From the NCBI GenBank assembly GCA_030141605.1, contig JAQGDQ010002367.1, positions 1 to 64,000 on the forward strand: DNA of 64,000 bases. Direction: 5' to 3'. This stretch comes from Tubiluchus corallicola (taxonomy: Eukaryota > Animalia > Priapulida). The first letter of the stretch is position 1, and each line of letters begins with the position of its first letter. Made by a program: the position numbers and the translations under genes. Of this stretch, positions 51,901 to 64,000 are shown in pieces. The notes beneath the pieces are model-generated. The model saw only the letters and a program-made list of their open reading frames with translations, had not been told where the DNA came from and made no database searches.

Positions 51901-52173
51901 CACTTCCTGTCCTATATTTTCCTACTCTTCTCCCCCTCCTATCTCATTCATTATTTTATTCCATATTAAGCATACTATAAGCGTTATCAGCGTTATTTGT
52001 TTTTATTGTTCTGGTTACGCTTCATTACGGAACTGTCACTTCCAGACTCTCCTGTATTATGAAATAGAAAATACGATACCAGGCTCAGTTATTAAAAGCT
52101 ATTAAAAGTGATTAAGCTATAAGTATTACTCCTTGCCAGTCGCTTCAATATGTATTAAAATAAATTTAATTTG

Positions 52174-52206
52174 AGACGTTTCGTTAGCATCAGCTAACAT
52201 CTTCGA
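52174..52206 (-). ncRNA. Degenerate minimal hammerhead ribozyme motif (Penelope pLTR type)
   Basis: Minus strand reads TCGAAGAT-GTTAGC-TGAT-GCTAAC-GAAACGTC. Stem II and GAAAC-GUC are intact; the CUGA box and stem I are damaged. Confidence 0.4.
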
Positions 52207-52479
52207 AAACAACTTCGATAGCATTAATGATCGTACTGAGGTTATAAAAAATGGCATCCCAATCGGTGAAATTCTCTGCAGTGTCGGGGAATTTACTAGT
52301 AAAAGGAAGCTATTGAGATGCTATAAACAACTGCCAGATACTATAAACAACAAATTGTCAAAGACTCCATTTTAACTGCTAAACGTTTAAACTCTGATTT
52401 GTTAATCATGGATCATAGGACTGACCAGTAGAACGATACAATAGTTACTTTCAACGCTGAATCATCCTCAGCCACTGCG

Positions 52480-53889
52480 CTATCGCAACAATGCTGACTG
52501 TTTTAACAACTGTTAGTTCGCACAAACATCTTGGTCTATATCTCTAATCTGGGATGAAATGGGATGTTCATATACTGTATTCAACAGATAAACGGATCGA
52601 TATGCTGAAAATAATTTTTTATGTGTTACCCTTCCAGTTTTATAAATAATAATAATAATATAATATTATTTATTTATTCCAAAAGCCAAGTACAATTTAA
52701 CAATATCTTACACAAAAATTCACAATTTGAAAATAACATAAAAATAATAAATGAAATATAGCCAAACGATTGATTAATTCAGCGCAGTCAATTATCGGCT
52801 CAGATCAGAAGATGAACTTGTAAGGTCTGAGCCGAATAGGCAAAATGGAATAACAAAGTTTCAAGATAAAAGGAAGGAAAGCCTGTAAGGTAATAAGTGT
52901 AATGATATGATGAGAAACAATGGCGAATGACAAGATGTAGGGATTAGATTTGCATTAAAATTTTAATAATATTAACAAGCAAATAATTTTGCAAATCTAT
53001 GATCCGCCCTATTCTTGAATATGCTGACTCTGCTGTGTAATATACCTGTCCTGCATGCCTTTCAGATTCTATCGAAAATGTGGGAAAACCTGCGGCCTTT
53101 ATTTGCTCCAAAGCGATGAAAGCCTCCAATACTGCAAACTTATTATATGACAATGACTTTGATCTGCTATCTGATAGAAGACTATTTGTGTGCTTGTATA
53201 GCAAAACCGTCCATAGGTCGACAATTAAGCTTTTCTAGCTATTCACATATGCTGAACCTCCATTTCGTGAAGATCATTTTGATACCAAGCTCTATGTTAT
53301 TTCTAAGCTGAGATAATTCACGTTGAAGTTGAGGTGCACGCTATGCAGCAAATCTTGAGAAAAACTCTGTTAGACGCTGTTTTTTGTCGCGTCTCTACAA
53401 AACACTTAGCAACCGTACGAAAGTGTGGTTGCTTATTATGCTACGCTAATACGGAATTATCTGTTCAGTTCTTAAGAAATCGTAATAACCTATCTTTATT
53501 TTGTACTCGTTGTCTTCATAATTCTTTCTTTCCTTTGGCTGTGTCCGCTTGAAATAACCTTCCTTCTTATACACAATTACCAACCTCGATCAGTAGCCTA
53601 AACATAATTTTTTTAAAGAATTATATCGATTTCGCAAACAGACCCCAAATATTTAACTCACGGTAAAATTCTTTACGGTATGTACTCACTTAAGAATAGG
53701 TTTTTCTCAGCTTAATTATCATATAAACATGCATGGTTGTAAAAAATCTAGTGGTAATATTGTTGGGAAAAAATGTTCTCGTGGTTATCGTTTTGAACGT
53801 ATTAGCCATTATTTGCTCGAATGCCCTCTATATGCTGTAAGCTGAGAGAAACTCATACACAAGTTATATAATTTGTACTTTAATAATAC
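52480..53889 (+). pseudogene. Decayed CR1/L2-group LINE 3' region, left part (host of the BEL insertion)
   Basis: Motifs HKHLGL, SMIRPILEYAD, SFFP...(W)NNLP, RIGFSQLN.H, HYLLECPLY. A separate minus-strand 3' tail fragment lies at ~52640-52950. Confidence 0.75.
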
Positions 53890-54444
53890 TGTGGATGCGC
53901 CCAAACCAATATAAACCAAAACGCAGTACGGCTTTGATTTGGTGCGATGAACCCCAAATAAATTTATTTTATAAAGTACAAGATCGGAAAAGCAAGAAGA
54001 AAATAGTAACTGCAAAAAAGTAGCGAAAAATGATAATAATTTTTTTATTAACAAACAGTAGTGATTAACAAGTAAGCAAATGAGTTGAGAAAAACTACTG
54101 TAGATAGATTTAGTATTACGCATTTAAAATCAAAATTAAAGGGAAGACATACTATTGCTGGTTTACAAAATATTAGCAATAGGTCACATACGAAATTAAT
54201 ATCACCACTACATGATAATTAGCACTAAAAGTAGAGTCATTTATGGCTACTTACGATTTTAGTGGCCTTATTTAAACATCACATTTGTCCGTAAGATATA
54301 ATTCGAAAACCAGAACTACATGTACACTGTGACAAGGTATGTACGAAAATGAGAACGACAGGTCTACAGAGTATAAAGGTTACAGGCTTGTGGTGATTCA
54401 TTTCAAGTGGTAATGTGTAGTAGGGATATACAGTCGCATTCACG
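53890..54444 (-). repeat. BEL 3' LTR (555 bp), preceded by PPT TTTTGGGGGAGCC
   Basis: Near-identical to 58713-59045 plus 59915-60068; 9/10 terminal inverted repeat. Confidence 0.9.
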
Positions 54445-57400
54445 TCTGGCTCCCCCAAAATGTCTAATGAGAATTTTGCACTGAGTCCAGGCTCCCCGAT
54501 GGGGGATTCAACTAAATCTCGCACTCAGTGATGAGAACCAGCTTGGTGATTGATCGTTCCATTTCGCTGTCTTGGATCTTCAGTCTGACGCTTCTGACAT
54601 CACCACCGGTTTCGGTTGTATACGTTTTGATGACTTTTCCCAGTTTCCACATGTTTCTAGGCACTGTGTTATCAACTATCAGACAAACATCACCAATACG
54701 TAGTGATCTCTTCTTCTGGTGCCACTTTGATCGTGGTTGAAGTATGTGGGGATGTACTCACGCCTCCACCTCGACCAGAATTGGTCCACAAGGTATTGTA
54801 CTCTTCTCCACTGCTTTCTGCAGTAGACGTCTTTGCGTTGGAATACACCAGGTGGCGGCAGTATAACTCTTGATTTGGTCGTCAGTATGCTGCTTGGGGT
54901 TAATGGCAGAAGCTCATGGTCACTTATAGACTCTACGGTGATAGGATGGCTGTTTATGATGGATTCAACTTCAACAAGAAAGGTCCTCAATGACTCAATA
55001 GGCTGGGATTTTCGAGCATTAGCTATTCCAACATTCTTCTGCTGGCACCTATTAGGCGTTCTCACGTGCCTCCAGGGACAGCTGGTGGCTAGCTGCAGGG
55101 ATATTCATCTTCCAGTCAGCTCCATTTTGCAGCAGATAGTCTTGAATTTTGGTATGGTCCATTTCTTGTAGTCCACGTTGTATTTCATTGGCAGTTCCAA
55201 CTAAATTAGTGCCACGATCACTTCTTAATAGTCTGATTGGCCCTCGTCTGGCTATGAATCTGCGTAATGCCATTATAATGGAATCCGTGTCTAACGAACT
55301 AGCTCCAAATGCAGCTCGGCATCTTAGGCACGTAAATATTCCACCATATCTCTTGAGCGTTTTTCGACCACTGCGAACAAACAAAGGACCAAACAGGTCT
55401 GTACCACAATAAGTGAATGGTGGTGCTGGTGCAAATCTATTGCTAGGTAGGTCTGACATCTTTTGCTCCTCAACACCACGCCTTAATCTACGGCAAGCTA
55501 CGCAGGCAGTTATGACTTTGCAGATGCATGAGTTCAGATTCCTCTGCCAGCATGATGTACTACTTTGGCATGATACCATTTGATGATTAATCTCGATGCC
55601 ACAGTCTTGCCAGGTACTAAAACCAGATTCTCTTGGAAGGACAACTGCGATTTTTGGACTCTAATGCCTGCTCCGATGAGTCCGGCTTCATCAACAAAAG
55701 GGCTCAAGCGTAAAAAGTTCTTCGCCAGTTCATTACCAGCACGCTTCTGAAGCCATAATAGAATTAGTGACTCGGCTTTCTGCAAAGTTTGCACTGAAAA
55801 TACACCGTTTAACTCGATTTCTTCCAAATGCGAATTTGATTCACTTGATTTCTTGGTTGCTGTCTTCAACGTGAAGATAGCACAGGCTCTCATAGCCATA
55901 GCAGCCACCCATTTCATTTTGTACCAGGATGAGCAGTGAGTCTCCAAGGCATCTATAATGTCCATTCTTTCAGTTGCAACTTGCAAATGTGAGTCTTGCA
56001 TGCTTCACTTCTGTGTCCGATTCGGAAATACAATAATTTTCACTGTTGGGCTCCATCCAAAATACTTTAGGTTTCCAAGGAATGCTAGGTCCATTAAACC
56101 AGACATCATTCTTCAAAAGTTGGCTGATTGCCTGACCATGTGAAGCAACATCACTGGTATTATTCTGGGAATCGATGTAGTACCACTGTTTTGCCTCAGA
56201 CTTGTCCAAAATCTGCTGGACTCGATTTGCTACGTACATCTTGAATCTTCGTGAAGAGTTTGTCAAATATCCAGGTACAACTTTGGAATGAGTCCCAAAG
56301 AAATGCTTGGCGTTTTCGTAATCCAAATCCGTATCAAGAGAACATGCTGCACCAACAGATAGCACAGCAGCACAGAGTTCAAGGCATGGAACTGTAATTG
56401 TTTTGATCGGTGAAACTCTGGCTTTACTTCTCACTATGGTGCAGTGAATTCTTTTCGTATCACCAGTTAGTCTCAAATATGAACAGTTGCCATATCCTAA
56501 CAATTTAGCATCTGAGAAGTGATTAATTTGCACATTGGCAATTTCTGTAAAGTTGTCAGGAAACATCTTGGTATGTGTAGCTCTTCCAGAAGTGGCAGGC
56601 TTCGTCTCCACTCCTCTCAGCGTACTATTATTAACTGGTTCATCCCATCCAACTTGGTTACCAGTCAGTTCCTGTAGAATTATCTTGCCAACTAGAATCG
56701 CTGGAGATATCAACCCCATAATATCATACATGCTGTATATAGCAGAAAGTATGCCACGGCGTTGGTGGAGTCTCTTTAAGTTTGACGCGAAAACCAATGT
56801 ATCAGTATCTATGTACCAACGTAAACCGGAAGCATGTTCAAATTGCTCGTCAGAGTTCTTAGACATATCTGTTCGTGTGGCATAGCAACACCGTAATACA
56901 GGGACTGAATGTCAGCCAAATGCCACTGGTTCTTGTCTGAATTTGCAATAAACACTCAGAAGTGAATTGGTTAAGTTGGGTCCTTGTAGTAACTCCATGT
57001 TAAGTGCCCTGAAATACACAACTACAGTTGAAAACAACTTGAAGTTTTCCTTTGCGCTTGTGGAATATGGGATGATGTGGTATGTACCATAATTTTCCCG
57101 CTTCTGGTTTTGGCCAGACTGAAACTTTTTTGGTGTAACCATTTTCTATCATGGAAGTCATGAACTTGGTTTACTCTATTCGGAGACGAAAGTTTTTATG
57201 ATTTCTTGCTAGATGTCGCATTCTTTGCTCGCCAAGTCGTTCATTCTCCGGCATGGTAGGATCTTCTCTTCTGAATGGCAGAGGTACAACGTATTTTTCA
57301 TTTTGGAATACTGTTAGTGCACTAAGTTTCTCCATGAAGAGCTTATCCTCCTGTGATTTACCATAACCATTGTTATTGGTATCAAAATTGTTGGCGTTAT

Positions 57401-57800
57401 CAACTGGTACAGCAAATTGACGTGCCGAGACTTGATTAACGGCGGCATCTTTGCATAATACTCGGTTGTAAGTTGCTTTCATCAAATTTTATTGGTTGGT
57501 GGTTGAGCCAAGTATGCCCTGTACTGTGCACCCTAGTTTCGTTAGCACAGCAAAACAGCTCTCATTTGGATAACGAATTACCTGAAGTGGTTCCATTGCT
57601 TTGGGACAATTCATTCCAGAGAGCAAATCAATTCCAACATCCGGCATCATGGGATCATCATCATCATCTCTGGAGACACACATCATTTGACATGACCTTC
57701 CTGATCACTTTACTCCATGCTGCCCTGTCACCTGAAACCTTCCATGTCTCTGCATTTTTGATATCTAATGGTGTGTTGATAAAATGTTTTTGGATGAAAT
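54445..57800 (-). pseudogene. pol: BEL/Pao pol, multiply frameshifted and partly deleted
   Basis: ORF fragments 57485-57171, 56866-55970, 56001-55534, 55579-55052 and 55065-54679 are in Pao domain order. Confidence 0.9.
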
Positions 57801-57809
57801 TGATATAAG

Positions 57810-58075
57810 TCAGCAGCTGTTCTCCTTGCAGTTTCTTTTCTTTCTGCAGTGCTTCTTTGAAAGCTAACTGTAATGGACTGTCATTTGGTAGTCGTATAAC
57901 ATGTCCTAGCCATCTTAACCTTCTCCTTTTGATTTTAATTGTCCATTCGTCTGCCTTGACTTTAATGTACTGATCCTGGTTAGATATTTTGTTTGGCCAT
58001 TTTATTTCTAGAATGTTCCTGTAGTTTCTTCTTTGAAATGCATTAATTTCTGATTCGTGTTGTGCTTAAATTGGC
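57810..58075 (-). mobile_element. RTE LINE C-terminal fragment nested in the BEL gag region
   Basis: Manual translation EINAFQRRNYRNILEIKWPNKISN...IKRRRLRWLGHVIRLP. Confidence 0.8.
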
Positions 58076-58255
58076 CATAATGTATAAGATCGGGAGCGAA
58101 CCATCATCATTTATGTCATCAGGCTCGTCATTATTCGTCATTAATAAGCTTCTCCGGAGTTTCAAATTATCAGACTCTCTTTTGTCTTCTACGGCTTGTA
58201 ATTCCCGTTCTAGTTTATTCGAAGGCATACGCTTTTTAAATTACTTCTCTGTCGT

Positions 58256-58690
58256 TTAGTCTAATAGCGGTTTCAATGCGAGATTGTCGAGAGCCACGCT
58301 CACTTTTGAACGCGTTTTCGATGTGACCGAATTTGATGATCTTAGCCGCAATGCCTGATCTACCTGACTTACAGGTTTACTATCGCCGTGCTCATCCAGC
58401 TGATCAGCGGCAGGTACACAACATGGCGGCAACGTCTGCAGAGGGGCAAGTAATAAATTAGGCGGCTCACTCGTATCTTGTCCGTTTGAAAATAAGTTGC
58501 ATGGCATGAGATTGAATGCAGGAGAACATGCAATGTCCTGCGGCCCTTCTTGGATTTCGGCATCTCTGAGCATCTTAGCGATGAGATCCTCCTTCGTCCC
58601 TTGTTCTGCGAGTCCGAATTCCGCGCATAATAACTTCAACTCTGTCTTTTTCTTCTTATTAAGTTCACTTCTTGTTAACTATGAAGCCAT
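58256..58690 (-). pseudogene. BEL gag N-terminus with SAP-like motif
   Basis: MAS*LTRSELNKKKKTELKLLCAEFGLAEQGTKEDLIAKML starts 22 nt after the LTR and fits the SAP pattern LxxxKxxELKxxCxxxGLxxxGxKxxLIxR/KL. Confidence 0.65.
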
Positions 58691-58712
58691 CCTCCATTAA
58701 AATCGTTTATGA

Positions 58713-60068
58713 TGTGGACGCGCCCAAACCAACATTAACAAAAACGGCAGTACGGCTTTGATTTTTGGTGCGATAAACCTGAAATAAATTTATTTTATAA
58801 AGTACAAGATCGAAAAAAGAAGAAGAAAATGGTAACTGCAAAAATTAGCGAAAAATAATAATAATTAACAAACAGTAGTGATTAACAAGTAAGCAAATAA
58901 GTTGAGAAAAACTAAGTTGAGAAGACATACTATTGTTGGTTTACAAAATATTAGCAATAGATCACATACGAAATTAATATCACCACTACATGATAATTAG
59001 CACTAAAAGTAGAGTCATTTATGGCTACTTACGATTTTAGTGGCATAAAATTATAAACTAAACGAGTTACTGTGAGGAGGAGGAAGGAGCATTGAGTTTC
59101 GAGTCCTCCTCCAGATAAGTGGAACAATTGACAATTAACATTACATAGTATTTTCATCAGTTATAACGTACATTAGAACATAATAAGTTTTGTTAGTAAC
59201 TTAAGATCAGGACGAGTAAAATTGTGAGTTAATTAAATGTAATGAGTAATTCTTTGTTGCTTTGTTAAATTGATAAAGATTAAGATTTTTCATTTCACGC
59301 GGAATTGATGACCATATTTTAATAGCATTATATTTTGATGACTGTTTCACTATATTTGTTTTTGGAAGAGGGAGTACATAGTTTCCGACGGAATATCTTG
59401 TGTAATGATGATGTTGATTTGAAACTGGACTAAAGTATGACTGAAAAGCTGGTGGAAATAGTGAATTATGATACTGATACATGAAATGAAGACAATACAT
59501 GTCATATATTTCTTTCACTTTGAGAGTTTTAACAGACTAGTAAATTATATTTGTGGGATGGTCATACCTTACATGATATATCAGTGTGAGAATTTTGTTC
59601 TGGGTGATTTGTAAAGCTTTCAGATTACTTTTATATATACCACCCCAAGACATGACGCCATATATTAGATATGGGTAGACTAGACTGTAATAGATTTTCA
59701 TCAATGTTTCTCTATTAACAAACTTGCGTAATTTATAGATGATTCCCAAGGTTTTTCTCAATTTATGCTTTATTACACTTATTTGGTGCTCATCAAGAAA
59801 TATTCCCAAATATTTAACATGTGACTTTTTTCAACAATAACATTACTAAGAACTATGGTTATATTTCTTGATGGTTTTCTCCTTTTCTTTTTAGGAGCAT
59901 GAAGTCCTTTATCAGTAAGATATAATTCGAAAACCACAAGTACATATACACTGTGACAAGGTATGTACGAAAATGAGAACGACAGGTCTACAGAGTATAA
60001 AGGTTACAGGCTTGTGGTGATTCATTTCAAGTGGTAATGTGTAGTAGGGATATACAGTCGCATTCACA
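58713..60068 (-). repeat. BEL middle LTR, split by a LINE insertion
   Basis: 58713-59045 and 59915-60068 align with the 53890-54444 LTR; about 24 bp of LTR are lost at the insertion. Confidence 0.9.
59046..59912 (-). mobile_element. L2/Crack-group LINE 3' fragment inserted in the LTR
   Basis: KYLGIFLDE...GIIYKLRKF...IYYSLVYPYLIYG..SWG...QNK; FMY.Y...L.P..F..YF...H.H.TR...KIW..IP. Confidence 0.88.
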
Positions 60069-60358
60069 TCTGGCTCCCCCAAAATGTCTAATGAGAATTT
60101 TACACTGTGTCCAGGCTCCCCGATGGGGGATTCAACTAATTCTCGCACTCAGTGATGAGAACCAGCTTGGTGTTTGGTCGTTCCATTTCGCTGTCTTGGA
60201 TCTTCAGTCTGACGCTTCTGACATCACCACCAGTTTCGGTTGTATACGTTGAATGTACGAAAATGAGAACGACAGGTCTACAGAGTATAAAGTATATTGG
60301 CGCGTGGTGATTCATTTCAAGTGGTTATGTGTAGTAGGCATATACAGACGTATTCACA
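60069..60358 (-). repeat. Duplicated BEL PPT/integrase end (60069-60252) and partial third LTR (60253-60358)
   Basis: 60069-60250 matches 54445-54627; 60253-60358 matches the terminal ~105 bp of the LTR, ending ttcaca. Confidence 0.88.
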
Positions 60359-60600
60359 ATATTACAGTTGGCATTATTCTTTTGGATACTGAATCTCTGA
60401 TTAGTATACACTTAAATGGTAGTGCCCTACTAAACCACGACCAAAATGTCGTCATGTTTGATATTGTTCGAACATACATAAAAATACTCGTTGATTCGTT
60501 TATTAATGTGGGACATTTTATGCTTTTGCTTATTAGTACGTAACGTTTTACTAATGTACGTATTTACATTGTATATTAATCTATTTCTATGCTTTTCGTC
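60359..60600 (+). pseudogene. Continuation of the LINE split by the BEL element
   Basis: ITVGIILLDTESLISIHLNGSALLNHDQNVVMFDIVRTYIK is the usual C-terminal LxG...N..(I/M)F..V..YI motif that follows HYLLECPLY. Confidence 0.65.
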
Positions 60601-60949
60601 TTCAATAGTTACACCACCTGTATACCATTTCTTCTTCCCGAGGCCTCTTCATCAGTGGTAACTGTGGCCAAAAATTATTTGGTACTAATAAAAATATGGT
60701 TATATAAAAAACAATGCTGTAAGGAAACAACAATGCATTACGTTAACGTAATAGTCCGGTCTGTTAAGGCCAATTTTTGATGGAATGGGGACTGACTGGA
60801 TACAGTTACGAACATTCAGGAATGAATCATTTGGTCATTCTAACAGTGTTTTGGACATTTTTATAAAATTTTGCGTTTTGGTCCGCTACCCGGCACACTA
60901 GAATGTCAAGAAATAGTGCTTAGTGTCTAATCCTTACACAAACATTTCT

Positions 60950-61135
60950 GCTGAACAATCCCCGCCGCTTGAAAGACACAGTATTTTTTATGACAAAAAC
61001 AGCTCATTTGCTAGTGTAAATGAAACCCAAAAATATATATTTTGCAAGAAAAATAAAAGCTTGGAAAGTCTGCCGGCTACACAGAATGCACTAATCCAGC
61101 ATACAAAACGTGCTGTCTATCAAGTATTTGGCCGA
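60950..61135 (+). pseudogene. Fragment resembling the C-terminal region of Academ (XPG-type) transposon proteins
   Basis: YDKNSSFASVNETQKYIFCKKNKSLESLPATQNALIQHTKRAVYQ matches the VNxxRxxxF...LPPTxxALxQHxxRAxYQ motif. Superfamily assignment is from memory. Confidence 0.55.
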
Positions 61136-62599
61136 AAAGCGATCACCCTGAAGAAAAGTCTCCATTACCAGTCGTATGCATGTTCCCTATACGTTGTAAC
61201 GAAGAAGTTGATGACCTCATTATTATCGGCAATAAAGGCATAGATGACGCCATAAGGTGGTGACACTTAACGTTTAATACACTTTTCATGTCTTTTAGTA
61301 ATTTATTAGTAATCATTTACTGATTTTGCCATAATTAACAATAAAGCCTTTAATGACGTCACTACCAGCAAACTAGCTATTGGGCAAAAAAACTAAGCAT
61401 CAATTTTTCACTTTTTATCATCATTTGATATATTTTTTGTTTATTAAAGCTTACCCGGCCATTAACTTCGCAAGTAAAGTAGCCTTGATATGATTGGGAC
61501 AGGGTGCTGACGACGTCATAATCCCGTATAATCGTTCATAATCGTTCATGGCACTCAGACTGAATGTAAATTGCTTAGTATAGGTAATTAGCACACTTTG
61601 CATGAATATAGATGATATATATGACAAAAAATTAAGATTATCTAAATTTGGAACATATGAAAGGGGTGCAGATAACGTCATCACTGCCCGTGCCGTACAA
61701 CTTACACCCAAAATCCTTGTAGCAAATGGCCTATTAGTGCATTATACATTTCGTCACATTTTATGGCTTCGCTTGTAAGTTATGTATAAATATTTGATGT
61801 TATGAAATGGTGAGAGGGTACTAATGATTCATAATTTTATAAAATGCCCAAACGCTGTTAAAATGGTCCAAGTAAACTCCTGAAAGTTTGGCAGCTGTAT
61901 CCAGTTATTTCTCTTTTTCCCGATGATAGACCAGACTATTGATTTTGTGAAACGGATATAGGGAAACCGATGACGTAATTTGGTCATTTCGTGTGTTCCC
62001 AAGGTCACTGTCGCATTACAAAGTGAAAGCATCTTATTTGATGCATTCATGCGTCGCGGCTTTCACACTTGCGATCACGTAAATACGTGCAAAAGCCGCA
62101 AAGCAAAGATCATATTATATGCGTAATAATGATAACATTAACAAACAGCTAAGTTACTCATAGCATAGCCATTATGAAGTAAGAAATTTTAATAAGGCAA
62201 GGCATATATTTGAAGTCGTCAAACTGTTAGTGACCAGGAAAAGATGGTCAATTCCTGGGTCGCCGAAAAATAGGCCAATGGAATATTATAATGGTAATAA
62301 TAGATAATATATAATATATAATGGTAATAATAGACTCGATAACAGAACAATAATAACAGAATGACAGACCAGTACAAATGTATACGGATGACGAGAATGA
62401 ATACTGGATTTTTAGAAAATGATTATAATGTGCAAGTTAAAATTATTACCAGCCATTAGCTAGTATAGATAGACGAAAATTTAAAGACTGCTATCAGAGG
62501 AACAAAGATAAGTGGTTAAGACGAAATAAATAGGACAGATAGCAGCAAATAGAAGTTCTGATGATAATAAAAGGTTGGGAAGAGATAGTTGTTTAAAGA

Positions 62600-64000
62600 A
62601 CAACATTAAATCTACACGTTCAATGGACTACAGAGCAGAAGTAATTAAGGACAATGATGACAGAGCAAAATTAGTAGTCACATTAGAAAGTGAAGATATA
62701 CCTTTTTGCAAAGTTAAGATAGGCCAAAAGTGACAACCTACATTAATAGACTCAAGCGTGGCTATTAACGTTATTGAAGAAAAACTTTTTAGTGCATTGC
62801 CAAAAAACTTAAAAGGTCGAGTACAGCCACCCAACCGAGACTTAACATTGAATACAGCAATGAAACATGTTGCTAACTTAATCGGGCAGATTGTTTTACC
62901 AGTAGAAATTGGTCAGGACACCTTTCATTTACTTTTTCACATAGAAGAGCAAATAGCGAAACCATTGATTTTGGGAAATACATTTTTTCATAAATCAGGA
63001 GCAATTTTAGATATTGCTAATTCTCTTTTGTTTATCGATTTGGAGGTTGTTCGTTTTTCTTCTCTGGATAAGCTACATCATGATTTGACTTTCTTTATCA
63101 AGGCTCATGAGAAAATTATTCTTCAGAGTAAAACGGATGTTCTTGTTAAAGCTTATGTAGGAGGTGTGAGAAACTTCAACAGGAATACTACACGTTTGTT
63201 CATTAACTTCATTGCCAATTTTTAAGCAAGATAATGATTGTCAAGCTGTTCCAGTAGTGGTCAAACACAGAAGAGGCTTAATTTGTATCCCTATGTTGAA
63301 TATTGGATCAGATTTTGTCGAAAGGGGAAGTAATTGTGATTGCGAATCCAGCACCAAAACATTATTGCTATCAAGTGTCAAAATCATTAGAGTGCACTTC
63401 AATTACGGAAAGAATTCCCGAGATTTACTGTAAATTATTGAAGAAAGTTGTAAGAGTTCTGCTATTGATAAAGCTCAGAGAGTATCACGTCAATTTAAAT
63501 TCAATGAAAAGATTTCCATTATTGCTAATCAATCGAGAAAATCATCCTAGAGACAAACTTATGTAGATGTTATGATGCAAACAAGGAAGAATCCTATTAT
63601 GACGAATCGTTTTCACAAAAAAATTGGGAGACGAAAAAGAGATACCAGCCGCAAGATGTAAGAGTATATGATGGAAGACCAGGCAAAACACAAGTTGTTT
63701 TTCATGATAGACCAAAATCGCGTATATACTATCAACAATGATTGGCAGAATAAAAAAAGACACATATCAGAATTGAGAAGACGCAATTAGAGAAGAGCCG
63801 AGAAAAAGATTTTGGTGAGAGGGTTACTCACAGTGAAGATTAACGGATTAGTACAAGAACTACTGCTAGACAATATAAAAAATTTATATCTAATATGTCT
63901 TCTAGATAGAGTTAAGAAACTCATTATCGCTGAAAGAGATTGTTTTACAAGTAAAGATAAAGATTTAGTGGGAACAACAGAGGCAGAATTTAAAATACGT
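62600..64000 (+). pseudogene. Decayed Ty3/Gypsy pol: protease to start of RT, runs off the window
   Basis: LIDSSVAINVIEE (degenerate DSG), ILGNTFF, and terminal DCFTSKDKDLVGTTEAEFKI (the pre-RT DxF...DLG.T motif). Confidence 0.65.

Larger units (their letters stand above)
53890..60358 (-). mobile_element. BEL/Pao LTR retrotransposon complex with three LTR copies and two nested LINE fragments
   Basis: Pao RT/RNaseH/integrase/DUF5641-type motifs: LLQGPNLTNSL, RRGILS..YD..G, HFSDA..GYG, KARVSP...P.LEL.AA, YVANRV, CGTDLFGP, RSDRGTN, QFWSRWRREY. LTR termini TGTGAATGCG/TGTGGATGCG; imperfect TSD (a)atac/(a)atat. Confidence 0.92.

Noticed and set aside
61200-62110. Cluster of TGACGTCA-like (CRE) motifs as an enhancer
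   Set aside because: Such motifs are common in non-autonomous repeats, no linked gene is evident, and element ends are undefined.

Overview
Eukaryotic (probably invertebrate animal), repeat-dominated window with no confidently identifiable cellular gene, tRNA, rRNA or CRISPR array. Bases 1-33.1 kb are a satellite array with three levels of structure: a ~34-35-bp ancestral subunit, 208/184-bp monomers, and 599/813/1412-bp higher-order units plus multi-kb block duplications. The ~60 short ORFs in the track over this region are translation artefacts of the satellite. The array is interrupted by a near full-length but disabled RTE-clade LINE (26811-29967, 8-bp TSD GGCAGGAG). Its 5' end is the 3' part of a twister ribozyme, and its 5' junction carries a 130-bp duplication. 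The array ends abruptly inside the protease of a minus-strand Ty3/Gypsy element (LTR, PBS, 540-aa gag, CCHC, DTG). Bases 35.6-64 kb are nested, decayed elements: L2/CR1-group LINEs, a BovB-like RTE fragment starting exactly at a predicted HDV-like ribozyme cleavage site, a Penelope-like element, Tx1, Helitron-like pieces, a BEL/Pao element with three LTR copies and a SAP-like gag N-terminus, an Academ-like fragment and a Gypsy pol. A few candidate minus-strand host exons are also present. All calls come from reading and motif recognition by eye; no searches were run.
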